Below, one piece after another: positions 34,041 to 43,741 of a stretch of 64,000 nt of DNA. The position numbers and the translations under genes are program-made. Numbering within the stretch: the first letter of the stretch is position 1; each line of letters opens with the position of its first letter. Under the pieces are notes generated by a model. That model saw only the letters and a program-made list of their open reading frames with translations. It did not search any database and was not told the origin of the DNA. Source of the DNA: a virus; the UHGV virus genome UHGV-0134778. One strand, written 5' to 3'.

Positions 34041-34286
34041 TTAGCCAATTACTTCGAAAGTACCCCAACTCCCGTTCAGCAGGCAGGTGATCGGATCACC
34101 ATCATCGTCAATTATTTCAAAGTTTTCAACATCCAGAATATGGTCATCGAACACAATACTTTCGTCACCACCACCAGAAACAACAGTGTATTCCTTACCT
34201 TGAGTCAAGTTTTGACACCCTTTGCCACCAAAACCTACTTCAACACAACGTACTTTCTGTCCTGCGCGAGCAACTACTTCAGCCAT
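34041..34286 (-). CDS. hypothetical acidic protein
   Basis: 81-aa ORF. Confidence 0.45.
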   Translation of the reverse strand: MAEVVARAGQKVRCVEVGFGGKGCQNLTQGKEYTVVSGGGDESIVFDDHILDVENFEIIDDDGDPITCLLNGSWGTFEVIG

Positions 34287-34303
34287 CTTAAGGTCTCCTG
34301 ATA

Positions 34304-34606
34304 TTAATCGTCAAGTTCAAAATAGATTTTAACAGCTTCATCAAAGATTGGAATCCCGATGTTGTTGATAAGCTGCCAAACTACCATATCTTTTCCTGGA
34401 TCTGGGAGAATGTCAACCTTTCTCCATGCGCTGTATATCCAGTTCGGACCGCCTTCTGCACTAACTGGTAGATTTTCACCAGCTTCCTGTAGATACTTAT
34501 ACAGCAAAAGATATTCTGGGTACTCTAGAACACTATCTTCTGTAGTATACAGCAGTTCACGGTATACTTTCAAGAATCCTGTTGGGTTGATGTTTTCAGT
34601 CTTCAT
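34304..34606 (-). CDS. hypothetical protein
   Basis: Start at the ATG after AGGAG; track alternative 34624. Confidence 0.45.
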   Translation of the reverse strand: MKTENINPTGFLKVYRELLYTTEDSVLEYPEYLLLYKYLQEAGENLPVSAEGGPNWIYSAWRKVDILPDPGKDMVVWQLINNIGIPIFDEAVKIYFELDD

Positions 34607-34997
34607 TTGCTGCTTCTCCTGCATTCATCAGATCTGCCATAGCGTCACCAACGAAGAGGACAACCACGTCGTTGACAGCGTCAGCATCATCTTTATTGAT
34701 GTTGCTGAATTTGGGGCACACTGCAATGACCATATAGACCCCGTTGCCCAACTGAACAGTGCGTGTAGTGCACATCAGTGTGGTGCTTGTGCCTTCTTTA
34801 AAGGCAAATCCTTGCAGACGTTCTTCCAGAGAGTCACCTGTTGATTTCAACAAGGCAAGATCTCCCAATGCGTAGGTAGTGTCCTCATAGGTAAGTCCAG
34901 AGGTCAATGTTACCTTTCCATCAGAGACTATAATAACTCCATCGGCACCGTCAAGCTCAGAGGCTTCAAAGATATTAATATCCCAAATGTTTTTCAT
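34596..34997 (-). CDS. hypothetical protein
   Basis: Start at the ATG after GAGGAAG; track alternative 35015. Confidence 0.45.
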   Translation of the reverse strand: MKNIWDINIFEASELDGADGVIIVSDGKVTLTSGLTYEDTTYALGDLALLKSTGDSLEERLQGFAFKEGTSTTLMCTTRTVQLGNGVYMVIAVCPKFSNINKDDADAVNDVVVLFVGDAMADLMNAGEAANED

Positions 34998-35259
34998 CAC
35001 GCGCTTCCTCGTCATCTAATGAGTTGAAGATTTCACCGAAGTATTCTAAGACTTCCAGCTCACGGGTGGTGCAGAAAACACAGTCCCCGTTGTCATCTTC
35101 GATAACGGCCTCTTTGCCAAGAACATCCACTTCAAATTCATCGTTTAACAGAACGGAACCTGTGTAAACTTTATCTGCCGTGCAGTCCCGAAAAGCAGAG
35201 TCCTTCTCCAAGTAGTCTGGCTTAACCTTGGCTTTAATTCGTTGATATTGTTTGGTCAT
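34975..35259 (-). CDS. hypothetical protein, paralogue of 35323..35577
   Basis: SAFRDCTADKVY and DDNGDCVFCT align with AFKDCTIGTVY and DDEGDSVWCT of the neighbour; promoter 35291-35319 and RBS AAAGGGGA. Confidence 0.45.
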   Translation of the reverse strand: MTKQYQRIKAKVKPDYLEKDSAFRDCTADKVYTGSVLLNDEFEVDVLGKEAVIEDDNGDCVFCTTRELEVLEYFGEIFNSLDDEEARDEKHLGY

Positions 35260-35290
35260 TGCTGTGGTCCCCTTTCGTTTTGATAGGGCC

Positions 35291-35319
35291 ATCATATTAG
35301 GCCCTATCGCTGTTGTCAA
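35291..35319 (-). promoter_or_regulatory. sigma70-type promoter overlapped by a 9-bp-arm palindrome
   Basis: Minus strand TTGACA (35314-35319), 17 nt, TATGAT (35291-35296); GATAGGGCC...GGCCCTATC spans the spacer and -10. Confidence 0.5.
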
Positions 35320-35322
35320 GTA

Positions 35323-35577
35323 TTAATGCTCAGGTTTTACAAAAACTACTTCGTTAACAGTGCACCAGACAGAATCTCCTTCATCATCTTTAAAGGTAAG
35401 ACACTGGGCTGAGTTTTCCAGCTCATCAAGTTCTTCTTGTGATAAATAGGTCCCTTCTTCCAGAAGGGCTTTTACCAGAGGGTTCTCACAAAACTCTGCT
35501 TCATAAACTGTACCGATTGTGCAATCTTTAAAAGCTCGGTCATTTGCAACGCATTCTGGCTTCAAAGTAATTTTCAT
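35323..35577 (-). CDS. hypothetical protein, paralogue of 34975..35259
   Basis: 84 aa; promoter 35628-35656 and RBS AAGGAGAC. Confidence 0.5.
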   Translation of the reverse strand: MKITLKPECVANDRAFKDCTIGTVYEAEFCENPLVKALLEEGTYLSQEELDELENSAQCLTFKDDEGDSVWCTVNEVVFVKPEH

Positions 35578-35627
35578 CTTGGCGGTCTCCTTAATTATTT
35601 AAAATCAACGCTCTGTCTGTGTGGGGT

Positions 35628-35656
35628 ATCTTACATCTACCCCAACTTGTTGTCAA
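35628..35656 (-). promoter_or_regulatory. sigma70-type promoter
   Basis: Minus strand TTGACA (35651-35656), 17 nt, TAAGAT (35628-35633). Confidence 0.55.
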
Positions 35657-36051
35657 CGACTATTTTCAATCATCCACCAAGGATCGAGATAAGTTTGTTG
35701 ACTTTTTGCCCACTGGCAAACTTCATTGTACATCTGGATCTCTTTGTCCGTCAGTTCACGAATAGGCTCATCTATACCCTCATTTTTGTGGTAATCCCAG
35801 TCGGCATCGATTTCCCACAACCATGACTTACGATCTTCACGCTTACGCACACAGAAGTCCCCAGGACGGCCTGCCAGTGCATTTAAGAACTCGTTCTCCG
35901 CTCTCTCCTGGAGAATACTGAGGAGCAAAACGTTGGAGCACGACCGTAAGATATGCTTCAGCTCACAATCATCGATCTCAACTTCAATACGTTGCTTGAC
36001 TGTGTGGGTACCTTTTACTAACATTCTACCTCCTCTAGACGAACTCTGCAA
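35653..36051 (-). CDS. hypothetical protein
   Basis: 132-aa ORF. Confidence 0.5.
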   Translation of the reverse strand: MQSSSRGGRMLVKGTHTVKQRIEVEIDDCELKHILRSCSNVLLLSILQERAENEFLNALAGRPGDFCVRKREDRKSWLWEIDADWDYHKNEGIDEPIRELTDKEIQMYNEVCQWAKSQQTYLDPWWMIENSR

Positions 36052-36229
36052 GGGTTGTGTTGTTCACTGCACCGCAGTAGATGGAGTATCCCAACCCGTT
36101 AGGGTGTAGAAACCACGGCACACCTTGATCATCCTTCACGTATACATCTCCATTTTCCGTAAAGGGCCAATACTCTTCTCCAAGGGTAAAATACCTACTC
36201 ATACCTTCAGCCAGATACTTTACTTTCAT
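36035..36229 (-). CDS. small protein, tandem paralogue set (36035/36226/36450)
   Basis: Shared ...D..G..W[FY][LI]...G pattern across the three adjacent genes. Confidence 0.45.
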   Translation of the reverse strand: MKVKYLAEGMSRYFTLGEEYWPFTENGDVYVKDDQGVPWFLHPNGLGYSIYCGAVNNTTLAEFV

Positions 36230-36453
36230 AGATCCTCTTCAACAGCTACAAACTTGGCAAGTAGGGTGGTTCCATAGATATGATACTCACCGTTTGCCAG
36301 ATGGGAGATATACCAGGAGATACCGTCCTCGTCTTCGATCATATTGTTTCTGCGATCCTTATCGTAATACACCTTGTAGGTCTTTCCTTCTTTAAAGAAT
36401 GACAAGCCTGTCATCTTTTCTTCTACAAACGTAGCTTTAACCAAAGTTGTCAT
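36226..36453 (-). CDS. small protein, tandem paralogue set
   Basis: DEDGISWYISHLANG pattern; ATGA coupling. Confidence 0.45.
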   Translation of the reverse strand: MTTLVKATFVEEKMTGLSFFKEGKTYKVYYDKDRRNNMIEDEDGISWYISHLANGEYHIYGTTLLAKFVAVEEDL

Positions 36454-36734
36454 TGATCTGCCTCCTTCTTGTTGAGCCGGAACACTGCAATAATGACATT
36501 TCCAAGATGCAGTGTCAAATCATTTCCCAGATACCACAGCATCCCACGGTCATCTTTAATGAAAGGGTAACAATCTGGTGCCTTCCAGACATTGTACACT
36601 TTCCCAACCTGAAAGAAATCAGGCCCTGTTGGGATTTTGGTGCCAGGCCACACTTGAGATACCTGAACACACTCCACCTGCATAATAACAGGAATAGTCA
36701 TGGATGTAAATGTTTTTGTCGGTTCTACTACCAT
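36450..36734 (-). CDS. small protein, tandem paralogue set
   Basis: DDRGMLWYLGNDL pattern; start at the ATG after GAGAGGAG (the track start 36824 would overlap the polymerase gene by 41 nt). Confidence 0.4.
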   Translation of the reverse strand: MVVEPTKTFTSMTIPVIMQVECVQVSQVWPGTKIPTGPDFFQVGKVYNVWKAPDCYPFIKDDRGMLWYLGNDLTLHLGNVIIAVFRLNKKEADQ

Positions 36735-36783
36735 AAAAGTCTCCTCTCTGTCTAACAACACTTCCGTGTGTTGATAGTTTACA

Positions 36784-39561
36784 TTAGTGACAATCACCCC
36801 AGTTACGACCACACAAGTATTCACCTGTGATCTGGAACGGAACGCCCATCATTTTAGAAGCTTGCCAGAAGCAATGTACCACCATTTCGCCCACAGGGCT
36901 CCAGATAAGTTCAAGCTTTCCGTCATCGTTCAAGATAGGATCGTATACCGTATTTCCATCCCTGTCAACTACTTCGTTTCCTTCTTCATCCTTGCGTGCC
37001 TTTTTGTACTTATGACCGTCGAACACATGAAGTTTAGCCTCCTGCTGGGACTTAAATGTTTCCAGCTCTTCAATTGTGTCGAAGGTGTATACAGTTTTAT
37101 ACTTAGGTGTGTCAGGGACTTGAAGTTGATATTCGTCATGGTAATAAATAATACGACGAACACCCTCATCATACCATCCACGCTTCACCATCTGGTGGTG
37201 CATGAGTATCCCAACTAAGTCACACAATGATGCACCGCCATTTTGCTGATATGCATTAAGCAAAGAGTGTTTAGATCGGGTCCAAATGGCATGACCGTCA
37301 AAAGAGTAGATAAATTTCTTACCTGTTGCTTCCCAGAATTTCTCCAGATCCTCTTTACGACCCTTAAGACCTGGGTTGGCATCCCAGAGAGCGTCAATTA
37401 CTCTCTGTCCCAGTTCTGGAGAGATATCTAGCATATCTGCAACTTTATCTTTTTGTGCCCCGTACATAACCCCATACGTGACAGGCTTACCATCGTTACG
37501 AGACACCTCCCTGCCTGCTACTTTTGTATATGCCTCAGCATTGTTTTGGTGCGCATCTCCGTTACTTACAACATCATAATACAGACCGTTGTCAAACTCA
37601 AAGGCACCCCAGGCCCCGATGAGCTGCTCTAAGTTGGACCCGTCAATACCGATCTCAAAGTATCCTGGAGGAACACCCCACAGACTACGCATCTCTTTAC
37701 CCATAACCACTTTAGGAGATGGTTTAGGCATGTTTGCACAAATGCTGTGTTTCTGTCTGGAAGTGTTTGTTAATCCAGAACTTTTAGCAGGAAGCTTATG
37801 GTCAATCTTCAAACGTGGATGATTAAGAAGACCAGTATCAACCTTATCCTCCTTGATTGGATCAAGGACCGATCTACGGTTTCGCAAGGATAACCACAAG
37901 ACGATATCTTTAGCCATCTCTCCGTTCAACTTTTCAAGATTCGGACATAGGTGTCCAAACGTATCTTTCAGTTGCGGAGAAGTAATAAGCGCTCTGGCTT
38001 TTCTACGTATCTTCCCAAACACTTCCTTTTTAATCCTTTCTGAGTTAGGGAAGCTTCGGAACTTGTGCACGGTTGTCTGAAACTTAGCATCAGTTTTGTT
38101 CCAGAAGTTGATAATTAGGTCACAATACTCTGACTCTAAAAGCTCGTCCATATATGCATATACTCGTGCATCAACATCAGCATCAGGCAGAGCTTTCTTC
38201 TTGCTGTCCTTGGTTACATCTTTAGTTCTCCACATTGTTGGGAGCCAACCAGCGCTGATCAAATATCGCTTAATATCGTCCTGGTTGCTGATCTTCATAG
38301 GTATCTTGCAGTCAGGCATCCGCTTCTGCTGCAGATCACTTATTGCCTGATCCATTAGTTCTTTAGGTAAAGGATGTGGTGTAGAGGTTCCTTTGATATA
38401 CCCCCTCAAGAAATCAGCCATCTTATCTGGGTCTTTACAGCCCATCTCTTCACACCATTTTATCCCCATTTTGCTGACATCCCCTGTGGAGGTAAATGCT
38501 CGCTTAGGAGGAGCTTTGAACTCTAAAGCGCTCATGTCCACAGGATAGCCAAGCTTGTCTTTTAACCATTTCCAACCATTATTGGAGATTGTCCCATCCT
38601 GGTTAAACGGCTTTTCAGGGAACTTAGGCCGCTGAGACATTGATAACTCTTTTAAAGGAAGTTGTGGTTCAACACGATCAGCGATCTCCTTCATCCACGC
38701 ATCGCAGCGGTCACGTAAAGCAATAGCTCCATCTATGTCGAAATACACACCCTGTCGAGCCTGCAGCTCCATCAGGAAATGCTGCAGCATGCCTCGGCGT
38801 AATGCATTCTTCCAGGTAATCTTCTTGAATCCTTTAGGCTTCTCTTTGGCAGGGTCATACATAAAGTTCTGCATGTCAGATTTGCCGTAGAATACACCTT
38901 TTGATTCCGCTACCAACTCTTTCCAGAGCAACTCCTGGATGATAACGTCCTCGAACACACGATCCACATATTTCCACAGCGGAAGCTCACGCCAGTCATC
39001 GATTTGAACTTTCTGGTTACCAAGGGCATAGCCCCATGCCATAAGGCCATGAGGTCCAACAGGCTGCATTTTCTTGGTAACTGGATTGAATACTGCGTCC
39101 GGACAACCTTTTGGCAAAGGGCGGTCAGGCCACAAGATTCGACTCATCGCTAACGTATCAAACAGATTAACCTGGTGGTCGTTGATAGTTCCCATGCATT
39201 TAGGATCACGGAACATATCAAAATGAATACCGGATAATCTTTCCATCAGCATAAAGTCGTAACTGTAGCAGTTATGGCAGTTCAAAGCCGTAGGTGACCA
39301 GTCTGAATTGCCTGTAAGCCAGCCTTCCAACTCTGAAAAATCTGCTATGCGAGCCTCAAAATCTGTATAAAGGGTCTTCTTTGCCAGAATGAAGTTCTTA
39401 GCTTTCTCCACATCCTCTTCAGAGTAGTGTGTGCGGTCATTTAGAGGAAGGAACAGCATAAAACGGTTCTTATTCAGCTCTTTAAACAAACCGCAGTGAT
39501 AATAAAGATCTGGGTCTTCCAGCAAGCCAGAGGCCTCAAAATCGAACGACCACATGCTCAT
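36784..39561 (-). CDS. family A DNA polymerase with 3'-5' exonuclease domain
   Basis: N-terminal Exo I-like FDFEASGL, polymerase motif B-like DGKPVTYGVMYGAQ and motif C IIYYHDEYQ; 925 aa. Confidence 0.9.
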   Translation of the reverse strand: MSMWSFDFEASGLLEDPDLYYHCGLFKELNKNRFMLFLPLNDRTHYSEEDVEKAKNFILAKKTLYTDFEARIADFSELEGWLTGNSDWSPTALNCHNCYSYDFMLMERLSGIHFDMFRDPKCMGTINDHQVNLFDTLAMSRILWPDRPLPKGCPDAVFNPVTKKMQPVGPHGLMAWGYALGNQKVQIDDWRELPLWKYVDRVFEDVIIQELLWKELVAESKGVFYGKSDMQNFMYDPAKEKPKGFKKITWKNALRRGMLQHFLMELQARQGVYFDIDGAIALRDRCDAWMKEIADRVEPQLPLKELSMSQRPKFPEKPFNQDGTISNNGWKWLKDKLGYPVDMSALEFKAPPKRAFTSTGDVSKMGIKWCEEMGCKDPDKMADFLRGYIKGTSTPHPLPKELMDQAISDLQQKRMPDCKIPMKISNQDDIKRYLISAGWLPTMWRTKDVTKDSKKKALPDADVDARVYAYMDELLESEYCDLIINFWNKTDAKFQTTVHKFRSFPNSERIKKEVFGKIRRKARALITSPQLKDTFGHLCPNLEKLNGEMAKDIVLWLSLRNRRSVLDPIKEDKVDTGLLNHPRLKIDHKLPAKSSGLTNTSRQKHSICANMPKPSPKVVMGKEMRSLWGVPPGYFEIGIDGSNLEQLIGAWGAFEFDNGLYYDVVSNGDAHQNNAEAYTKVAGREVSRNDGKPVTYGVMYGAQKDKVADMLDISPELGQRVIDALWDANPGLKGRKEDLEKFWEATGKKFIYSFDGHAIWTRSKHSLLNAYQQNGGASLCDLVGILMHHQMVKRGWYDEGVRRIIYYHDEYQLQVPDTPKYKTVYTFDTIEELETFKSQQEAKLHVFDGHKYKKARKDEEGNEVVDRDGNTVYDPILNDDGKLELIWSPVGEMVVHCFWQASKMMGVPFQITGEYLCGRNWGDCH

Positions 39562-39619
39562 ATACAGTTCTCCTTAAAGGGGAGGCGGTTGTACTACCCC
39601 TCCCACTCTTGGTTAAACA

Positions 39620-41698
39620 TTAAAAAGGTGTTTCGTCGTCTTCAAAACCGGGGACGTGGTTAGAGGACGGATCATCATACTGAGGATCTTCCTGTGTGTC
39701 AACTGGGGTAACAGTAGGAGTTACAACCTTATCAGCCACAACCTTGCCCACAGGTGTTTCCACAACTGCATGATCTTGATCCTCAAACATAGCCTGAGGT
39801 CTCCAAACAACCTCCCCACCTTCTCCGTCTGTAAACATTTGCATTTCTTTATCCCAGTACCAATTGCTGGCATCGTGGAACTTGCCTGTGTGAGGATCCA
39901 TAACTAAAGTGTCCGCAATACCTAGGGTTTTTGCTGGGCGGTTTTTAAGACTTACCAGTCGGACACGTCCACGGGAACGATCCACCATCTCTTCTGCTTC
40001 TACCCCAACAACTACCCAGCTGAGTTGCTCCAATCCGGCACTACCTCGAAGGTTCTCTTTTCGTACAGGGTACCAGAAAGGCAACGGATTCCCATCCTTA
40101 TCCTTAGGAGGTACAATCTCTGTACGTTTCAGGTGAGCAATCACCAGGATAAACACATTAAACTGCTTACAGAACGCGGCTAGTTGAGTCATAGCCATGT
40201 CAAGTTCTTTGCGCTCATCCTTAACATTAAGCCCTGAAATCACCATAGACAAGTGATCCAGCACAATGTAACGGCAGTGATACAGGCACACCATTTGTTT
40301 AAGCTTAGTGATCAGCTCATCCACAGGGATGGAGCCGAAATGCTTGAACACTTTGATTTTTCCGGTCTTGGCCCAAGATTGATGAATCTCAGCGTGCTCC
40401 TGGTCGGTCAGGAACTGACTGGGGTCTTCAACAAACTCTTTAACATCAAACCCCAGCTGGTTAGCGTACAGAGAGTTGATTGCTTCCTCAGGATCCTCTT
40501 CAAGGTGAATCAGACACAGGCGATCATCCTCTTCATAATCATCAGCTTTAGGGCATGTTGGATCCATCAAGTATCTTGCAATGCAGTGTTCCAGCTTCTT
40601 GGCTATAGTTGTTTTACCACCGCCAGATGGGCCTGTTAGCATCATCAAGGTGCCTTTGTGGAGCCCTTTCAGCATCTTCTGCAATTTAGGGAACTCCGCA
40701 CTGATATCCACGCCATTGGAAGTCTTCTTACGAAGAGATTCAATGGAGAAGTCTTCTAAATCAGATACAGCATCAGGCACATATTTGACTGGGTGACGGA
40801 ACATGTTGACAATATCTTCCAGCTTTTTAGCCTTCAGCATGTCACGAATATCTTTTACACCATCGGGATCGTTTACCTCTCCTGGGTATTCCACGTGGTA
40901 AACGTTGTCAGCCATTAAAAATGCTGCGATATTATGTGTGGCTTCAACACCTTTGATAACGTGTTTTTGCTTCTCTACCTCGTTAGCTGCATCGTTGTCC
41001 ATTGCAAGGACCACTGTTCCATAGCTACGGATAAATTTCTCATTGTTCGCAAAAGTGTCTACGGCGTTTGCACACCCGCAGTTAATTCCAACAAAAGGCA
41101 GGCAGGGTTTTCCTGCCAGGTCTCCGCCGTTGATAACTGCATCAATCCCATCTTGAACTTCTTTAGCCCACTGCTTCACCTTCGCTGGGGCTTTAGCATT
41201 GGTGAGAATGCCCTTCACTTGTATCTGATATGCAGCTTGCCATGCTGCAATAACATCACCCTCCCCCTCGCAGACGTTAATCTGTTTACGGTTGTTGGAG
41301 GATGCACACAGCTTTTGACCAAACATCTGAGAGTTGGCCTTTACTATGCCAACAACTGAGAAATGGCCTCTTTGCTCTTTAGGGATTGTCCAGTCACGCT
41401 TTTTAAAGCCGGATAGATTACCGTAGCGGTCGTAATATGGGAAATATGTTGCGGTGACCGTTACCCCGTCTTCCTGAGACAATGCTGATCGCACACCAAA
41501 ATATTGTGCAGCCATCAGTCCGATATTTTGTTGTGGAACAGGGACAATTTTAGTATTTTCTAAAACAGTCTCTACAGTTTCAACCTCTTTTTCATCACGA
41601 TAGTCTCGTTTCACACTTCCCCCACTTTTATACTTAGTTGCTTTCGGGTTTGGCTCACCGAAACGGTTGTATGCAGATGCCATGAATTTACTGCCCAT
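39620..41698 (-). CDS. bifunctional primase-helicase (T7 gp4-like) with acidic C-terminal tail
   Basis: Toprim-like VVLAMDNDAANE, Walker A LTGPSGGGKTT, DnaB-type helicase region; C-terminus ...GFEDDETPF. Confidence 0.85.
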   Translation of the reverse strand: MGSKFMASAYNRFGEPNPKATKYKSGGSVKRDYRDEKEVETVETVLENTKIVPVPQQNIGLMAAQYFGVRSALSQEDGVTVTATYFPYYDRYGNLSGFKKRDWTIPKEQRGHFSVVGIVKANSQMFGQKLCASSNNRKQINVCEGEGDVIAAWQAAYQIQVKGILTNAKAPAKVKQWAKEVQDGIDAVINGGDLAGKPCLPFVGINCGCANAVDTFANNEKFIRSYGTVVLAMDNDAANEVEKQKHVIKGVEATHNIAAFLMADNVYHVEYPGEVNDPDGVKDIRDMLKAKKLEDIVNMFRHPVKYVPDAVSDLEDFSIESLRKKTSNGVDISAEFPKLQKMLKGLHKGTLMMLTGPSGGGKTTIAKKLEHCIARYLMDPTCPKADDYEEDDRLCLIHLEEDPEEAINSLYANQLGFDVKEFVEDPSQFLTDQEHAEIHQSWAKTGKIKVFKHFGSIPVDELITKLKQMVCLYHCRYIVLDHLSMVISGLNVKDERKELDMAMTQLAAFCKQFNVFILVIAHLKRTEIVPPKDKDGNPLPFWYPVRKENLRGSAGLEQLSWVVVGVEAEEMVDRSRGRVRLVSLKNRPAKTLGIADTLVMDPHTGKFHDASNWYWDKEMQMFTDGEGGEVVWRPQAMFEDQDHAVVETPVGKVVADKVVTPTVTPVDTQEDPQYDDPSSNHVPGFEDDETPF

Positions 41699-42482
41699 TA
41701 ATTCTGCTCCTTACTGCAGGCTCGTTTGCTAAGAATACAGCTTTAGCCCAGCCACGTGGTGTGAGGCTTCGAATCATCTTCGTCCTTGCACTCTTTCCAC
41801 CTAGCTTAGCGTGTTGCATAGAATAACCGCTAACCGCATCCACTATTTGCGGGACAGGTTTTGTGGCTGGGATTATAAATCCATTGCCTATCCAACCGCA
41901 AGTTATTTTTGGGTAGGCATCACGTGGAGCTATAAATTCAGGAAACCATGGGTTTACATCATCTTCTGGTAAATAACCGCCATAATCTGAAGGATGAAAA
42001 CGATAATCAGGTTTTCGCCACAGTGTGGACATAACCCCCACAGGGTTCTCTACATGCCACGGGCAATCGTAAATCTCTCCCAACTCTTCTGCAACCCGAG
42101 CATCTTTTACAGCATTAATTTGAATCAGAGGGTCCTTAGCCAGCTTTTTCTTAAAATGTGCAGCGCCTGATACTGCTAGATGCGTGCACGGAGGAAATGC
42201 AAGAATAAAGTCTGGAGCTGGGTACATGCAAAAAGTTTCTTGAGGGAACCACGGGTCAATCCAATAATCCACGTAGTGAATGTTTGGATGATCTGTTATC
42301 ACCTCTGCATAACTGCCATGGTCAGCGCCTTCTGCGTTAAAGCACAGGCACAGATATCCAGCTTTTGCCCAGTCAATGACTGCACCGCCAGATCCGTCAA
42401 ATAGACTCCACACAACACCTTTGTGGTGGTGTTCTTTATAGATAAATTTCAATTTGCTGTCTCCTAATGCAAAAAGCCCCAC
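41688..42482 (-). CDS. small C5-cytosine DNA methyltransferase-like protein
   Basis: Motif I-like LFDGSGG, motif IV-like FPPCTHLAVSG (PC catalytic dipeptide), motif VI-like HVENPVG (ENV). Only 264 aa, so activity and specificity are uncertain. Confidence 0.5.
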   Translation of the reverse strand: MGLFALGDSKLKFIYKEHHHKGVVWSLFDGSGGAVIDWAKAGYLCLCFNAEGADHGSYAEVITDHPNIHYVDYWIDPWFPQETFCMYPAPDFILAFPPCTHLAVSGAAHFKKKLAKDPLIQINAVKDARVAEELGEIYDCPWHVENPVGVMSTLWRKPDYRFHPSDYGGYLPEDDVNPWFPEFIAPRDAYPKITCGWIGNGFIIPATKPVPQIVDAVSGYSMQHAKLGGKSARTKMIRSLTPRGWAKAVFLANEPAVRSRINGQ

Positions 42483-42503
42483 CCTTTCGGGCAGGGCCTA
42501 GTG

Positions 42504-42986
42504 TTAAACCCGGATACCTATTGTATACTCGGTGGATACCAATGTCAAATCTAAATTTAAAATTTCTTGCATCTCATAGTATGCATCCAGGGTGAGATAC
42601 ATTTCCCCATCCTTTTCTACATACTTGTCCAAGTGCTTGAGGCATTTCGGATAACTATCAAGGGCAGCCTTTAGGCACTCAAACTCTGTGCTGTTGATGA
42701 GTCCTTCCATCTTGGCTACCCGTTCTGGGGTAACGATAGCACTGTAGTGAGATTTAGCTTCCTGGATGCAATGGGTCCAAGCATCAACTTTCTCTTCGAA
42801 AAGTCCGAAGAACTTCTTTTTGGTGAGCTTCAGATTCTTTAAGTGCTTAAGCACTCGGTTACCGATCACGGCCACATCACGAAACTTAAGGATCACTTTG
42901 TCGATATCCTCGCGGCCTATTTTCACAAAGCAAGCCTCACACATTTCAGGAGCTGCGTAACCTACTTTCCACATAAAATCTGACAT
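42504..42986 (-). CDS. hypothetical protein
   Basis: 160-aa ORF. Confidence 0.5.
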   Translation of the reverse strand: MSDFMWKVGYAAPEMCEACFVKIGREDIDKVILKFRDVAVIGNRVLKHLKNLKLTKKKFFGLFEEKVDAWTHCIQEAKSHYSAIVTPERVAKMEGLINSTEFECLKAALDSYPKCLKHLDKYVEKDGEMYLTLDAYYEMQEILNLDLTLVSTEYTIGIRV

Positions 42987-42998
42987 AACACTATCCCC

Positions 42999-43397
42999 TT
43001 ATTCTTCCTGAAAAGCAACGATATCATATGAACTTGCAGACGATCCTGGTGAAGAATGACTCCAGTCTAGGTCATCAGAGTAGTCAGCGTACTGTGCACC
43101 ACTACGTAGTTTATATTTTACCCACTTACCTGGTGCAGGGTTTTCACCACCTTCCCATACTTCCCAGCCTTCTGGCAGGCCGTCCTGGGGACAGTCATCC
43201 ACCTCACTAATAATCTTAGGGTTTGGCACCAAGATCCCTGCAGGCTCTTCCTTCCGGATAAGTGTCCACACAACGTAGGTGTCTGAGCAGGCGCATGATA
43301 GCAAAGTATATCCACTATTCAGAACTTCTGCAAGCTCTTTTTCAGCATCTTCCAATTTGGTTAAGTGGTATTGGATAACCTTCACACCTGTAATCAT
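42999..43397 (-). CDS. hypothetical protein
   Basis: 132-aa ORF. Confidence 0.5.
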   Translation of the reverse strand: MITGVKVIQYHLTKLEDAEKELAEVLNSGYTLLSCACSDTYVVWTLIRKEEPAGILVPNPKIISEVDDCPQDGLPEGWEVWEGGENPAPGKWVKYKLRSGAQYADYSDDLDWSHSSPGSSASSYDIVAFQEE

Positions 43398-43741
43398 CAG
43401 AAACCTCCCACTTCTTCAGCAAATGCAGCTGCTGTCGTCGCTGCATCCAGATAGGACTCTAGTTCACGGGCTGCACGTTTGTAAATTGAGTGGCGCATAT
43501 CGTTTGGCAGTTTGTGGAAGTCCACCTCTTCACCGTTGTGGTAAACATGCACATCGGTAATTTGTCTAAATCCGTAATAGTCAACATCAGAATCACGGCA
43601 CTCTGGGTCTGGCAACTGGACAACTGCCTGAGCTTCCACAGTGAACATCTCGTCAAGTTCGAAATCGATTTCAAAAGTGTATGGTTTATAACGTTTCATC
43701 ATTTGATTGTACTCTTTATTGGTCAGACTTATCTTTCGCAA
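43397..43741 (-). CDS. hypothetical protein
   Basis: 114 aa; coupled to the upstream gene. Confidence 0.5.
   Translation of the reverse strand: MRKISLTNKEYNQMMKRYKPYTFEIDFELDEMFTVEAQAVVQLPDPECRDSDVDYYGFRQITDVHVYHNGEEVDFHKLPNDMRHSIYKRAARELESYLDAATTAAAFAEEVGGF

Noticed and set aside
36787-37218. 143-aa plus-strand ORF and other ORFs antisense to the polymerase, helicase and rII genes (for example 40253..40639, 46411..47266, 51040..51351)
   Set aside because: These lie entirely inside strongly supported genes on the other strand and have no ribosome-binding sites; they are shadow ORFs.
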